Shown here in pieces: positions 38,741-48,405 of a DNA stretch of 64,000 nucleotides (the first letter of the stretch is position 1; every line of letters begins with the position of its first letter). The position numbers were made by a program, and so were the translations under genes. The stretch is from an uncultured Clostridia bacterium (GTDB lineage: Bacteria; Bacillota; Clostridia; Oscillospirales; JAAYOS01). The stretch covers positions 34,855-98,854 of the forward strand of contig CANQDU010000003.1 in the NCBI GenBank assembly GCA_947593925.1, given 5' to 3'. The notes under the pieces were generated by a model. That model worked only from the letters and a program-made list of their open reading frames with translations. It did no database searches and was not told where the DNA came from.

Positions 38741-40174
38741 TTAGACTTTTAATTCACTTTCCGATTTCGGGAGGCGGGCTTTATTCTTTTCGAGGAGCGG
38801 ACGCACCTCTCCCTCAAGGTACTCGCGCACCTGCTCGGGGCTGCGTCCCACATACCTTCTCGGGTCGAGACCGGCCTTCAGCTCGTCGAGGCTGAGTCCG
38901 AACGCCGGGTCGGCGGCGATGCGCTCGATGAGGTCGTTCGGCTTTCCCTCCTCCTTGACGGCGTATCCTGCGCCGAGGGAGTGCTCGCGGATGCGCTCGT
39001 GAAGCTCCTGACGGTCGCCGCCGGCCTTCACCGCGTCCATGAGGATGTTTTCGCTCGCCATGAACGGCAGCTCCTCCGCGACGTGCTTTTCTATCACCTT
39101 CGGGTGGACGGTGAGCCCGCCCGCGACGTTTATGATTATGCCGAGTATCGCGTCCACGGCAAGGAACGCCTCGCCCGTGGAGATGCGCTTGTTTGCCGAG
39201 TCGTCAAGCGTCCGCTCGAACCACTGCGTCGCGGCGGTGAAGGCGGGGTTCTGCGCGTCCGCTATGACGTAGCGCGCGAGCGCGCAGATGCGCTCGCAGC
39301 GCATGGGATTGCGCTTGTATGGCATGGCGGACGAGCCGACCTGCTTTGTCTCGAACGGCTCCTCCACCTCCTTGAGGTGGCTGAGCAGACGGACGTCGGT
39401 CGCAAACTTGGAGGCGCTCTCGGCTATCCCCGCGAGCGTCGCGAGGACGAAGGCGTCGGTCTTGCGGGAGTAGGTCTGGCCGCTCACCGGCTCGCACTTC
39501 GCAAAGCCCATCTCCTCCGCTATGAGCCGTTCGAGCTCCTTGCACTTTTCGTGGTCGCCCTCGAAGAGCTCGAGGAAGCTCGCCTGCGTGCCGGTCGTGC
39601 CCTTCGAGCCGAGGAGCTTGAGCGTGGATATACGATACTCGACCTCCTCGAAGTCCGCCATGAGGTCGCGTATCCACAGCGTCGCGCGTTTGCCGACGGT
39701 GACGAGCTGCGCCGGCTGGAAGTGCGTAAACCCGAGCGTCGGCATATCGGCGTACTTCTCCGCGAAGTCCGCAAGGCGCGATATCGCCATCAGCAGCTTG
39801 GACGCGACAAGCTCGAGCGCGGAGCGCATGATGATTATGTCGGTGTTATCGGTGACGTAGCAGCTCGTCGCGCCGAGGTGGATTATCGGCATGGCGTTCG
39901 GGCAGAGCTCGCCGTAGGCGTGGATGTGCGCCATGACGTCGTGGCGGAGCTTTCGCTCCCACTCGTCCGCCGAGTCGTAGTTTATGTCATCGACGTGCGC
40001 CTCGAGCTCCGCTATCTGCTCCTCCGAGACCGGCAGGCCGAGCCTGTGCTCCGCGCGCGCGAGCGCGACCCACAGCCGCCGCCAAGTGCGGAATTTGCAG
40101 TCCGGCGAGAAGAGATAGAGCATCTCGTCGCTCGCGTAGCGGCTCGAGAGCGGGGATTCGTATTTGGACTTCAT
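38741..40174 (-). CDS. purB: Adenylosuccinate lyase
   Basis: 'RHDVMAH', 'IHLGATS', '[12 protein letters not shown]'. Confidence 0.96.
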   Translation of the reverse strand: MKSKYESPLSSRYASDEMLYLFSPDCKFRTWRRLWVALARAEHRLGLPVSEEQIAELEAHVDDINYDSADEWERKLRHDVMAHIHAYGELCPNAMPIIHLGATSCYVTDNTDIIIMRSALELVASKLLMAISRLADFAEKYADMPTLGFTHFQPAQLVTVGKRATLWIRDLMADFEEVEYRISTLKLLGSKGTTGTQASFLELFEGDHEKCKELERLIAEEMGFAKCEPVSGQTYSRKTDAFVLATLAGIAESASKFATDVRLLSHLKEVEEPFETKQVGSSAMPYKRNPMRCERICALARYVIADAQNPAFTAATQWFERTLDDSANKRISTGEAFLAVDAILGIIINVAGGLTVHPKVIEKHVAEELPFMASENILMDAVKAGGDRQELHERIREHSLGAGYAVKEEGKPNDLIERIAADPAFGLSLDELKAGLDPRRYVGRSPEQVREYLEGEVRPLLEKNKARLPKSESELKV

Positions 40175-40473
40175 TTTGACCTCCCATGTATTATTTCATA
40201 TCCGTCGGAGACGCTGTTCCCGACGGATATGTTGATTTCCAAGCTGTTACTTATTATAGCATAGAAAAGTCCGCTTGGCTAGACGGGAATTCCGTTCGCG
40301 GGCGGCGCGGCTCCGCCGAGGGAACCGAAATCGCGCCGCCATGCACTTTTCGGCGTCCCGGATATGCAAATTTGAACGCGGCCGCTTCGCCGTGAGGAAT
40401 TTCACCTGTCCAAATCCTGCAAAATCACCATATCACTGCCGGTAAATCAATGTAAAATTATCACTTTCGGGTA

Positions 40474-40502
40474 TTGCAACCGCGGCGATTTGCGCATATA
40501 AT
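40474..40502 (+). promoter_or_regulatory. Sigma-A promoter of the aminotransferase gene
   Basis: TTGCAA-17bp-TATAAT. Confidence 0.7.
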
Positions 40503-40564
40503 ATCCAAGGTGCGCCGATGCAAGTCGGCCACCCAAATCTTGCAAAACCGGAGGATGATGAGCG

Positions 40565-41761
40565 ATGCCAAAGGAGCTGTCACGAATAGCGGCGCAGGTG
40601 CGCGCTTCAACGACTATCGCGATAGATACCAAGTATAAAGAGATGAAGGCGGCCGGCATGGACGTCATCGGCTTCGGCGCGGGCGAGCCGGACTTCGATA
40701 CTCCGGACAACATCAAGATGGAAGCCATCCGGGCCATCGGCTCGAATTTCACGAGATACACCCCCGCCGCGGGGACGCTCGAGCTCCGCGAGGCGGTCTG
40801 CACGCGCCTAGAAAAGGACTGCGGCGTGAGCTACAAGCCGGGCGAGGTAGTCGTCTCGAACGGTGCGAAGCAGTCGCTTTTCCTCGCGCTCTCGGCGCTC
40901 GTTGACCCCGGCGACGAGGTGATAATCGCCGCCCCCTACTGGGTGAGTTATTACGAGCTCGTCCGTATGGTCGGCGGCGTGCCGGTCATAGTCGAGTGCG
41001 GCGAAACGAGCGGTTGGAAGATGACGGCGGACATGCTCCGCGCAGCGATAACGCCGAAGACGAAGGCGTTCATACTGAACAATCCGTCCAACCCCTCCGG
41101 CGTAGTGTACACGACGGGCGAACTCTCCGACCTCGCGCGCGTCTGCGTCGAGAGCGACGTCTACATCATAGCCGACGAGATCTACTACAAGCTCGTATAC
41201 GGCGACGCGCGCTTTACAAGCATCGCAGCCCTCGGCGAAGACGTGAAGAGGCTGACGATACTTATAAACGGAGTATCCAAGAGCTACGCCATGACCGGCT
41301 GGCGGATAGGCTACAGCGCCGCCGCGCCTGAGATAGCGAAGGTGATATCGAACCTCCAGAGCCACATGTCCTCCGCGCCGAACTCGATAGCGCAGAAGGC
41401 CGCGACCGAGGCTCTTACCGCCTCGCAGAGCTCGATAGAGCTGATGCGCCGGGCGTTCGAGGCGCGGCGCGAATACTTCATCGAGCGCGTGAGCGAGATA
41501 CCCGACGTGAAGATCATCCCGCCGGACGGCGCGTTCTACGTCATGATGGACATAAGCGCGTTTATCGGCAGGACTCTCGGCGGCGTCGAGATTCACGACG
41601 CGGACGACTTTGCGGATGCGTTCCTCACCGCCGGCCACGTCGCGCTGGTGCCCTGCACCGGTTTCGGCGCGCCGAACCACGTGAGATGGAGCTACGCCAC
41701 AAGCTTGGAGAATATCAAGCTGGGACTTGACAGGCTGGAAAACTTTCTTTTTGCGAAGTAA
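40565..41761 (+). CDS. PLP-dependent class I (aspartate) aminotransferase
   Basis: 'GEPDFDTP', 'NNPSNPSG', 'ADEIY', 'SKSYAMTGWRIG'. Confidence 0.93.
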   Translation: MPKELSRIAAQVRASTTIAIDTKYKEMKAAGMDVIGFGAGEPDFDTPDNIKMEAIRAIGSNFTRYTPAAGTLELREAVCTRLEKDCGVSYKPGEVVVSNGAKQSLFLALSALVDPGDEVIIAAPYWVSYYELVRMVGGVPVIVECGETSGWKMTADMLRAAITPKTKAFILNNPSNPSGVVYTTGELSDLARVCVESDVYIIADEIYYKLVYGDARFTSIAALGEDVKRLTILINGVSKSYAMTGWRIGYSAAAPEIAKVISNLQSHMSSAPNSIAQKAATEALTASQSSIELMRRAFEARREYFIERVSEIPDVKIIPPDGAFYVMMDISAFIGRTLGGVEIHDADDFADAFLTAGHVALVPCTGFGAPNHVRWSYATSLENIKLGLDRLENFLFAK

Positions 41762-41804
41762 AACTTCGAGGGATTATGCGGAACCTAGCGGTTCCGACAC
41801 CTTC

Positions 41805-41916
41805 GCGGGGCTGTGCCGCCCCGCACCCCTGCGATACTTTTTGCTCGCGCAAAAAGTATCCAAAAAGCGCGCTTAAGGGAGAGGGCTCCGCCCTCTCCCT
41901 TAAAAATCCCTCTCCC
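41805..41916 (+). repeat. Three-hairpin repeat, family 2, left copy
   Basis: GCGGGGC/GCCCCGC, GATACTTTTTGC/GCAAAAAGTATC and TTAAGGGAGAGGGC/GCCCTCTCCCTTAA; homologous to the reverse complement of 42210-42324. Confidence 0.8.
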
Positions 41917-42209
41917 AATACAGGCACACAACCGCAACCCACATAACAGGACATACTCTGTATCAAACAAATCTATCATCCCACCGGGTGAGTTTCCGGG
42001 GAGACCATCAAACTTTCCCACTTCATTCGATGACATCGAACAGTTCCTGCGTAGTAGAAATAAAAATCCGGTCCTACGCTCACACTATAAGCGTAATGCA
42101 GATACTTTCCCGCGAAAACGAAACTTTCGGTTCTAGTGGAAAGTATGAGCGTAGACGCTTGTACTAAGCTACGGACGGACGTCTCGCGTGGCAGAGACTT
42201 TCCGATTAA

Positions 42210-42324
42210 GGAAAGAGGGGTACAAAGGGGAGAAAACCGTTGGTTTTCTCCCCTTTGTGTGCTTTTTGGTTACTTTTTGCACAAGCAAAAAGTAACGCAA
42301 GGGTGTGGGGCTGCAAAGCCCCAC
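42210..42324 (-). repeat. Three-hairpin repeat, family 2, right (inverted) copy
   Basis: Reverse complement reads GTGGGGC/GCCCCAC, GTTACTTTTTGC/GCAAAAAGTAAC and AAAGGGGAGAAAACC/GGTTTTCTCCCCTTT; two more GNA-loop hairpins follow at 42333-42373. Confidence 0.8.
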
Positions 42325-42386
42325 ATGGGGGCGCGGGGGCGCAGCCCCCGCAAGGTTGCGGGCTTCGCCCGCAGAGGTTGGGCGAT

Positions 42387-44315
42387 TTATTCACCCAACT
42401 TTTCCATTATTTCGCTCCATTCGAGCATGAGCATGTCTATGCGGTGCTCGGTCTCCTCGCGCTTAGTCAGCAGCTCGCCGAGGCGGATGTGGTCGCTCGA
42501 GGCCTCCATCAGCTCCTCGTCTATCTGCTTTATCTCGTCCTCGAGGACGGATATGCGGCGCTCGATGATTGGGACGCGCTTGCGGAGCGCGTCGGTCTCG
42601 CGGCTGCGCTTATGCGCCTCGCGAGCCTCGCTCTGCTCCTGCTCCTTTTTGGGCTCGGGCTCCTTCTTTTGCGGCTCCGGCGTCAGCACGGCGGACTCGC
42701 GCGCCGTGCGCAGAGTCTCCGCGACCTCGCGGTACTCGCTGTAGGTCCCGTCGAAGTCGATTATCCCTCCCTGCTCCACCGACCATATCTTAGTTGCGAA
42801 CTTTTCGAGGAAGTATCGGTCGTGGCTGACGAGCAGGAGCGTCCCGTCGAACTCGTCTATCGCCTGCTCGAGCCATTCGCGCGAGCGGATGTCGAGGTGG
42901 TTCGTGGGCTCGTCGAGGATGAGCATGTTCACGCCGCCCTGCATGAGGATGCAGAGGCGGAGGCGGCTCTTCTCGCCGCCGGAGAGCGTGTCGATGTCCT
43001 TGAACACATCCTCGCCGGTGAAATTGAAGCGCGCGAGGATGTTCCGCGCCTCCGCCTCGCTTATGCTGAGGGTGCGGCAGACGCTGTCAACTATCGTCGT
43101 GTGGTTATACTCGAAGCTCACCATCTGCGGCAGGTACGCCGTCTTCACTCCGACGCCCCACTTCACGCGCCCCTCGTCCGGCGGCAGCTTGCCGAGGAGA
43201 ATGTTTAGAAGCGTGGTCTTTCCCGCGCCGTTCGCGCCTATCAGGCCGACGCGCTCGTCCTTCTTTATCTCGAGGTCAACGTCCGAGAAGAGCGTCCTGT
43301 CCCCGAAGCTCTTCTTTAGCCCCGTGACCGACAGCACGTCCTCGCCGGAGCGGCGCGTCTCGCCAAAGGTCGCGCGGAGGTTTCTCCCCTGCTTGACGAG
43401 CTTCGGCATCGACGCCTTTATTCGCGCTATACGCTTTTCCATTGAGAACGCCGTCCGGTAAAGCTTGTCGTTTCCGAGGAACGCCCAGAGGCGGACGCGC
43501 TTCACCGCGTCCTCGAGCTGCTTCACCTTCTTCTCGGCGTTCCGCATCTGCGCCTCGGCGGAGCGGATATACTCCTCCTTCTGGCGGAGGAACTCGCTGT
43601 AATTGCCGTTCCAGACCTTCGCCGTGCCGCCCTCGAGCTCGACTATCCTCCCCACCGTGCGGTCGAGGAAGTAGCGGTCGTGCGATATTATCAGCACCGA
43701 GCCCTTGAAGGAGGCAAGGAAGTCCTCGAGCCACTCCGTTGACTGTATGTCGAGGTGGTTCGTGGGCTCGTCGAGGAGCATCAAATCTACGTCGGTGAGG
43801 ATCATCCGGGCGAGGTTTATCCGCGTCCTCTCGCCGCCGGAGAGCTTCTCCCACCGTGTTTCGAGCATCGGCGTGAGGCCGAGGCCGTTCGCGACGCGGC
43901 GGAACTGCACCTCCGTGTCGTAGCCCCCGCCCGCCGAGAACTCTATCTCGAGCGCGCCGTACTCGCGCACCGCCTGCGCGTCTCCCTCGCTCATCCGCCG
44001 CTCGAGCTCGCGCATCCGCGCGGCTATGCCGTCGAGGCGCTCGAACGCGCCGCGAAGGACCTGCTCGACCGTCGTCCCGTCCGGGTAGTACGGTATCTGG
44101 TCGAGGACGCCGACGCGCGTCCCCGGCGCGATGTGTACGCTTCCCTTGTCGCAGGCGTACTCGCCGGAGATCATCTTGAAGAGGGTGGTCTTGCCGGTTC
44201 CGTTGTCGCCTATCAGGCCGACGCGCTCGCCCGGCTGCACCTCGAATGTTACGTTTTCCAGTATGGTGACCTCGCCGAAGTCCTTTCCGGCGCCCATCAC
44301 CGATAAAATAGGCAT
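42387..44315 (-). CDS. ABC-F family ATPase (two nucleotide-binding domains, C-terminal coiled coil)
   Basis: Two Walker A motifs (GDNGTGKT, GANGAGKT), two LSGGE and two 'LDEPTNHLD'; no transmembrane segment. Confidence 0.93.
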   Translation of the reverse strand: MPILSVMGAGKDFGEVTILENVTFEVQPGERVGLIGDNGTGKTTLFKMISGEYACDKGSVHIAPGTRVGVLDQIPYYPDGTTVEQVLRGAFERLDGIAARMRELERRMSEGDAQAVREYGALEIEFSAGGGYDTEVQFRRVANGLGLTPMLETRWEKLSGGERTRINLARMILTDVDLMLLDEPTNHLDIQSTEWLEDFLASFKGSVLIISHDRYFLDRTVGRIVELEGGTAKVWNGNYSEFLRQKEEYIRSAEAQMRNAEKKVKQLEDAVKRVRLWAFLGNDKLYRTAFSMEKRIARIKASMPKLVKQGRNLRATFGETRRSGEDVLSVTGLKKSFGDRTLFSDVDLEIKKDERVGLIGANGAGKTTLLNILLGKLPPDEGRVKWGVGVKTAYLPQMVSFEYNHTTIVDSVCRTLSISEAEARNILARFNFTGEDVFKDIDTLSGGEKSRLRLCILMQGGVNMLILDEPTNHLDIRSREWLEQAIDEFDGTLLLVSHDRYFLEKFATKIWSVEQGGIIDFDGTYSEYREVAETLRTARESAVLTPEPQKKEPEPKKEQEQSEAREAHKRSRETDALRKRVPIIERRISVLEDEIKQIDEELMEASSDHIRLGELLTKREETEHRIDMLMLEWSEIMEKLGE

Positions 44316-44395
44316 TTTTCGGTATCTTCTCCGGCGGCTTCCGCCCGGAGCATCCTTTCGATTCGTATGCTTGCCGCAAACATCCGGCGGTAACT

Positions 44396-44489
44396 ATTAT
44401 AGAGTATCGCGTATCCGTTTGCAAGGAAAAATTGTCTTGACAATGCCCGGCAAAAATGTAATAATGTAAGAAGCATAGCAAGCGATTTC
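44396..44489. promoter_or_regulatory. Back-to-back sigma-A promoters with candidate operators
   Basis: Minus: TTGCAA-17-TATAAT (44424-44396); plus: TTGACA-17-AATAAT (44437-44465); palindrome ATTGTC-tt-GACAAT at 44431-44444; LacI-type GCAAGCGATTTC at 44478-44489. Confidence 0.65.
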
Positions 44490-44523
44490 TTTTATTTCGC
44501 ATTTTTTATAGGAGGCTTCAATT

Positions 44524-45654
44524 ATGATAGACAACAAGATCGCGGTAGCGATAGTCGGCTGCGGCGGCATGGGCGGCGGCCACGCGATAGCCATTTCGAG
44601 CGGCAGCGGACAGGCCGTGTGGCGCAACGACGGCGGACGCGGGCGCGAGCTCGAGCCCTCCGATACCCCGATAGCCGAGAAGATGGTCCTTGCCGGCACG
44701 TACGACATAGCGGAGGCCCGCCAGGAGTGGGCGCGTTCGCAGGGTCTTCATACCTACTCGAGCTTTGAGGAGATACTTTCGGACGACAAGGTTGACGTCG
44801 TCCTCATCGCGACGCCGAACGACAGCCACAAGGAGCTTGCCATCCGCGCCATGCGCGCGGGCAAGCACGTCCTGTGCGAGAAGCCGGTCATGATGACGAG
44901 CAAGGACCTCGAGGACGTGCTCGAGGTCGCAAAGGAGACCGGCCGCGTCTTCTACCCGCGTCAGAACCGCCGCTGGGACAGGGACTACCTCGTCATGAAG
45001 AAGATATACGAGGAGAAGCTCGTGGGCGACGTTTTCCATATCGAGACCCGCATGCACGGCTCGCGCGGTATCCCCGGCGACTGGCGCGGACGCAAGGAGC
45101 AGGGCGGCGGAATGATGTTCGACTGGGGCGTTCACCTTCTTGACCGTCTCGTGCTGATGGTCCCCGAGAAGATAACCAAGGTCTACGCCAAGATGAACCA
45201 CGTCACTAACGACGAGGTCGATGACGGCTTCATCATGTTTGTCACCTTCGCAAACGGCGTCACCGCGACGGTCGAGGTCGGCACCTGCCACTTCATCACC
45301 TTGCCGCAGTGGTACATGGCGGGCAGCCAGGGCACCGCTTCGATAAACGGCTTTAACGACCCCGGCCGCATGGTCGTCCTGCGCGACTGGGCGGACAAGG
45401 ACGCCACCCCGATTCTCGCGGGCGAGGGACTCACCAAGACGATGGCTCCGCGCGGCGCAAACTCCACCGAGGAGCTTCCCCTGCCCTACTATGACTATGA
45501 CCGCAACGAGCTTTACTCGAACCTCTGCGACGTGATACTCGGCAAGGCCGAGCAGATAGTCAAGAACGAGGAAGCTCTCCGCATACTCCGCCTTATGGAG
45601 GCCGCCCTCGAGTCGGACGCCACCGGCAAGGTAATCGACTTCGAGCAAGCCTGA
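44524..45654 (+). CDS. Gfo/Idh/MocA family NAD(P)-dependent oxidoreductase
   Basis: 'IVGCGGMG', 'IATPNDSH', 'GKHVLCEKP', 'QNRRWD', 'GGGMMFDWGVHLLD'. Confidence 0.92.
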   Translation: MIDNKIAVAIVGCGGMGGGHAIAISSGSGQAVWRNDGGRGRELEPSDTPIAEKMVLAGTYDIAEARQEWARSQGLHTYSSFEEILSDDKVDVVLIATPNDSHKELAIRAMRAGKHVLCEKPVMMTSKDLEDVLEVAKETGRVFYPRQNRRWDRDYLVMKKIYEEKLVGDVFHIETRMHGSRGIPGDWRGRKEQGGGMMFDWGVHLLDRLVLMVPEKITKVYAKMNHVTNDEVDDGFIMFVTFANGVTATVEVGTCHFITLPQWYMAGSQGTASINGFNDPGRMVVLRDWADKDATPILAGEGLTKTMAPRGANSTEELPLPYYDYDRNELYSNLCDVILGKAEQIVKNEEALRILRLMEAALESDATGKVIDFEQA

Positions 45655-45716
45655 CATGTCACCCGGGGAGAGGACGCCTCTCCCCGGTTCCATATATCAA
45701 GACGGGGGGTTCGGTT

Positions 45717-46724
45717 ATGGCGACTATTCAGGATGTTGCAAAGCTCGCGGGAGTCTCTACCGCTACCGTGTCGCGCGTTCTGAACGAAAATTACAAAGTG
45801 AGCGACAAGCGGCGTCAGCTCGTGCTTGACGCGGTGCGGGAGCTCGGCTACCGTCCGAACATCATCGGCCGGAACCTCAGCCGCAGTGAGAACCGCACGA
45901 TACTTGTCGTGAGCTCGTGGATAGACGACGATATGCTCCACGGCGCAAGCTACGCCGCAAAGGAGCTCGGCTACGACCTCATCCTCTCCTACACCACCGA
46001 GGAGGACGACAAGGACGCGCTCAAGTACTTCGAGAACGGGCTTGCGGGAGGCATAATGTTCATCAACTTCCGCGGCACCGACAGCAGGATAGCAAAGCTC
46101 GGCGCGGAATACCCCATCGTACAGTGCGCCGAGTACGTTGACTTTCCCGAGGCGTGCCTTGTCTCGATACGGGACGACGATGCGATAGCAGAGCTCACCG
46201 ACATGCTCGCAGACGAGGGACGCCGCCGCTTCGCGTTCATCGGACCCGGCAGCCGCCAAAACTACACCATCCACTATGCCGAGGCGCGCGAACAGGGACT
46301 CCGCCGCGCGCTGCAAAAGCGCGGCATCCCGCTTGACGAGCGCTTCGTTGTCCGCTACCCCACCCCCGGCAGCAGCTTTGAAGCGGCGGAGCGGACGGCG
46401 GACGAGTGGCTTGCCCTGCCCGCGGAGGAGCGTCCGGACGCGATAATCTGCGCCTCCGACACGATAGCCCTCGCCTGCATGAACCGCCTGATACGCGGCG
46501 GAATGAGCATCCCGCGCGACGCCGCGATAACCGGCTTTGACAACCGCCGCGCAGTCTACGCCAACCCGAAGCTCACCACCGTTGACCAGCCGTTCTTCGA
46601 GATGGGCGCGGAGTGTGTGCGTATGCTCGTGAACATCATGAGCGGCAAGGAAGTCGAGGAGAAGCGTATCTTCCTCGACCACAAGATAATCGTTCGCGGC
46701 TCCACCGACCCGACGCTGGAGTGA
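45717..46724 (+). CDS. LacI-family transcriptional regulator
   Basis: 'ATIQDVAKLAGVSTATVSRVLN', 'ITGFDN', 'LTTVDQP'. Confidence 0.95.
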   Translation: MATIQDVAKLAGVSTATVSRVLNENYKVSDKRRQLVLDAVRELGYRPNIIGRNLSRSENRTILVVSSWIDDDMLHGASYAAKELGYDLILSYTTEEDDKDALKYFENGLAGGIMFINFRGTDSRIAKLGAEYPIVQCAEYVDFPEACLVSIRDDDAIAELTDMLADEGRRRFAFIGPGSRQNYTIHYAEAREQGLRRALQKRGIPLDERFVVRYPTPGSSFEAAERTADEWLALPAEERPDAIICASDTIALACMNRLIRGGMSIPRDAAITGFDNRRAVYANPKLTTVDQPFFEMGAECVRMLVNIMSGKEVEEKRIFLDHKIIVRGSTDPTLE

Positions 46725-46784
46725 CGTTTGCGGCGGATCGCCGCTGACCTTGCGCTACTCGTGCTCGCTGTGATTTTTGCAAAT

Positions 46785-46820
46785 AAAAGCGCCCCGAAAC
46801 GGATGTTTCGGGGCGCTTTT
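46785..46820. terminator. Bidirectional terminator
   Basis: AAAAGCGCCCCGAAAC-ggat-GTTTCGGGGCGCTTTT between convergent genes. Confidence 0.85.
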
Positions 46821-46839
46821 TGTGTTGGCGTATCGGCCT

Positions 46840-48405
46840 TTACTTCCCGTAGATAATGCTTTCCGCTACCCTCATACCGTCCACGGCGGCGCTGATGATG
46901 CCGCCGGCGTAGCCGCAGCCCTCGCCGCAGGGGTAGAGACCCCGCACGCTCGAGACGCAGTTCCCGTCGCGCAGTATCCGCACGGGCGAGCTTGAGCGGC
47001 TCTCGACGCCGATAAGGAGCGCGTCCGCCGTGTCAAACCCGCGGAGCTTCCGTCCGAATATGCGTATCCCGTCGCGGAGCGAGTCCGCGACGTATCCCGG
47101 CAGGACTTCCCGCAGGTCGCACGGCGTGACGCCGGGGCGGTATGTGGAGCCGAGGCTTCCCGACGGCGTTTTCCCGCCGAGCAGGTCGCCCACGCGCTCC
47201 GCCGGTGCGCGGTAGTCCGAGCCTCCGGCGCGGAACGCCGCGCGCTCGAGGCGGCGCTGGAGCTCCACCCCCGCGAGGACGCCTCCCTCCTCGCCGAAGT
47301 CCTCCGCGCCGACGCCGACGAGGAGCGCGGAGTTTGCAAACTCTCCGTCCCGCGCGTGCAGACTCATCCCGTTCGTGACTACGCCGCCGCGCTCGCTTGC
47401 CGCCGCGACGACCTGTCCGCCGGGGCACATACAGAAGGTGTAAACCCCGCGCCCGCTTTCGAGGTGCGCAGCGAGCTTGTACTCCGCCGGAGGCAGAGTC
47501 CCCCGCGTGCGGCCGTACTGTGCGAAGTCTATCAGCTCCTGCCGGTGCTCTATCCTCACGCCGACCGAGAACGCCTTCCGCTCCATCGCGACGCCGCCGT
47601 CGCGGAGCATTTCAAAGGTGTCCCGCGCGCTGTGTCCTATCGCGAGGACGGCGGCGCGGGTCGGAAGCTCGTACTCACCACGCTCAGACGTGACTCTGAG
47701 GCTTCTCAGCGCGCCCTCCGGCGCGTCGAAGCCCTCAAATCTTTCCCCGAAGCGGAACTCTCCGCCCATACGCTCTATCGCGGAGCGGATGCTTTTCACG
47801 ACGCCGCGAAGCAGGTCGGTCCCGATGTGCGGGTGCGCGAGGTATCCTATCTCCTCCGGCGCTCCCGCCTCGATGAACGCGTCGAGCACCGAGCGGATGC
47901 GCGGGTCCTTCGTGCCGGTGGTGAGCTTACCGTCCGAGAAGGTTCCGGCGCCGCCCTCGCCGAACTGCACGTTGCACTCCGGGTCGAGCGCGCCGCCTGA
48001 CCAGAAGCTCTCCACCTTGCGGACGCGCTCGTCCACCGGCCGTCCTCGTTCGAGGACTATCGGACGAAGTCCCGCGCGCGCAAGCTGAAGCGCCGCGAAC
48101 AGTCCCGCGGGCCCGCTTCCGATGACTGTCGGGCGGGGCACGTCGGCGCCGTCGCATCCGCGCTCCGCCGCGCGCTGTAAAGTCTCCGAGCTTGACAGCA
48201 TTTTCTCCGCCGGCGCGTCGTCCTCGTCCACCGCGACGCTGTACACTCGGAAGATATTCGGCTTCTTCCGGGCGTCGAGAGACTCCTTGAGTATCCGCAC
48301 CCGCGCCGTAAAGCTTTCCGGCTTCACACCGGCTCTGCGCGCGATCGCCGCGCGCAGCTCCTCCGGCGTGTGCTCCGCCGGGAGCTTTATCTCGCTTATC
48401 CTCAT
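46840..48405 (-). CDS. NAD(P)/FAD-dependent oxidoreductase (uncharacterised FAD-dependent dehydrogenase family)
   Basis: 'VIGSGPAG', 'NVQFGEGGAGTFSDGKL', 'FCMCPGG', 'GEGCGYAGGIISAAVDG'. Confidence 0.88.
   Translation of the reverse strand: MRISEIKLPAEHTPEELRAAIARRAGVKPESFTARVRILKESLDARKKPNIFRVYSVAVDEDDAPAEKMLSSSETLQRAAERGCDGADVPRPTVIGSGPAGLFAALQLARAGLRPIVLERGRPVDERVRKVESFWSGGALDPECNVQFGEGGAGTFSDGKLTTGTKDPRIRSVLDAFIEAGAPEEIGYLAHPHIGTDLLRGVVKSIRSAIERMGGEFRFGERFEGFDAPEGALRSLRVTSERGEYELPTRAAVLAIGHSARDTFEMLRDGGVAMERKAFSVGVRIEHRQELIDFAQYGRTRGTLPPAEYKLAAHLESGRGVYTFCMCPGGQVVAAASERGGVVTNGMSLHARDGEFANSALLVGVGAEDFGEEGGVLAGVELQRRLERAAFRAGGSDYRAPAERVGDLLGGKTPSGSLGSTYRPGVTPCDLREVLPGYVADSLRDGIRIFGRKLRGFDTADALLIGVESRSSSPVRILRDGNCVSSVRGLYPCGEGCGYAGGIISAAVDGMRVAESIIYGK

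Noticed and set aside
40175-40564. Purine riboswitch or small ORF between purB and the aminotransferase
   Set aside because: Divergent promoters account for the region; no riboswitch core was recognised and the 69-aa ORF lacks an RBS.
41762-42386. Autonomous IS element or prophage remnant
   Set aside because: No transposase or integrase ORF and no clear target-site duplication; reported only as a structured repeat unit.
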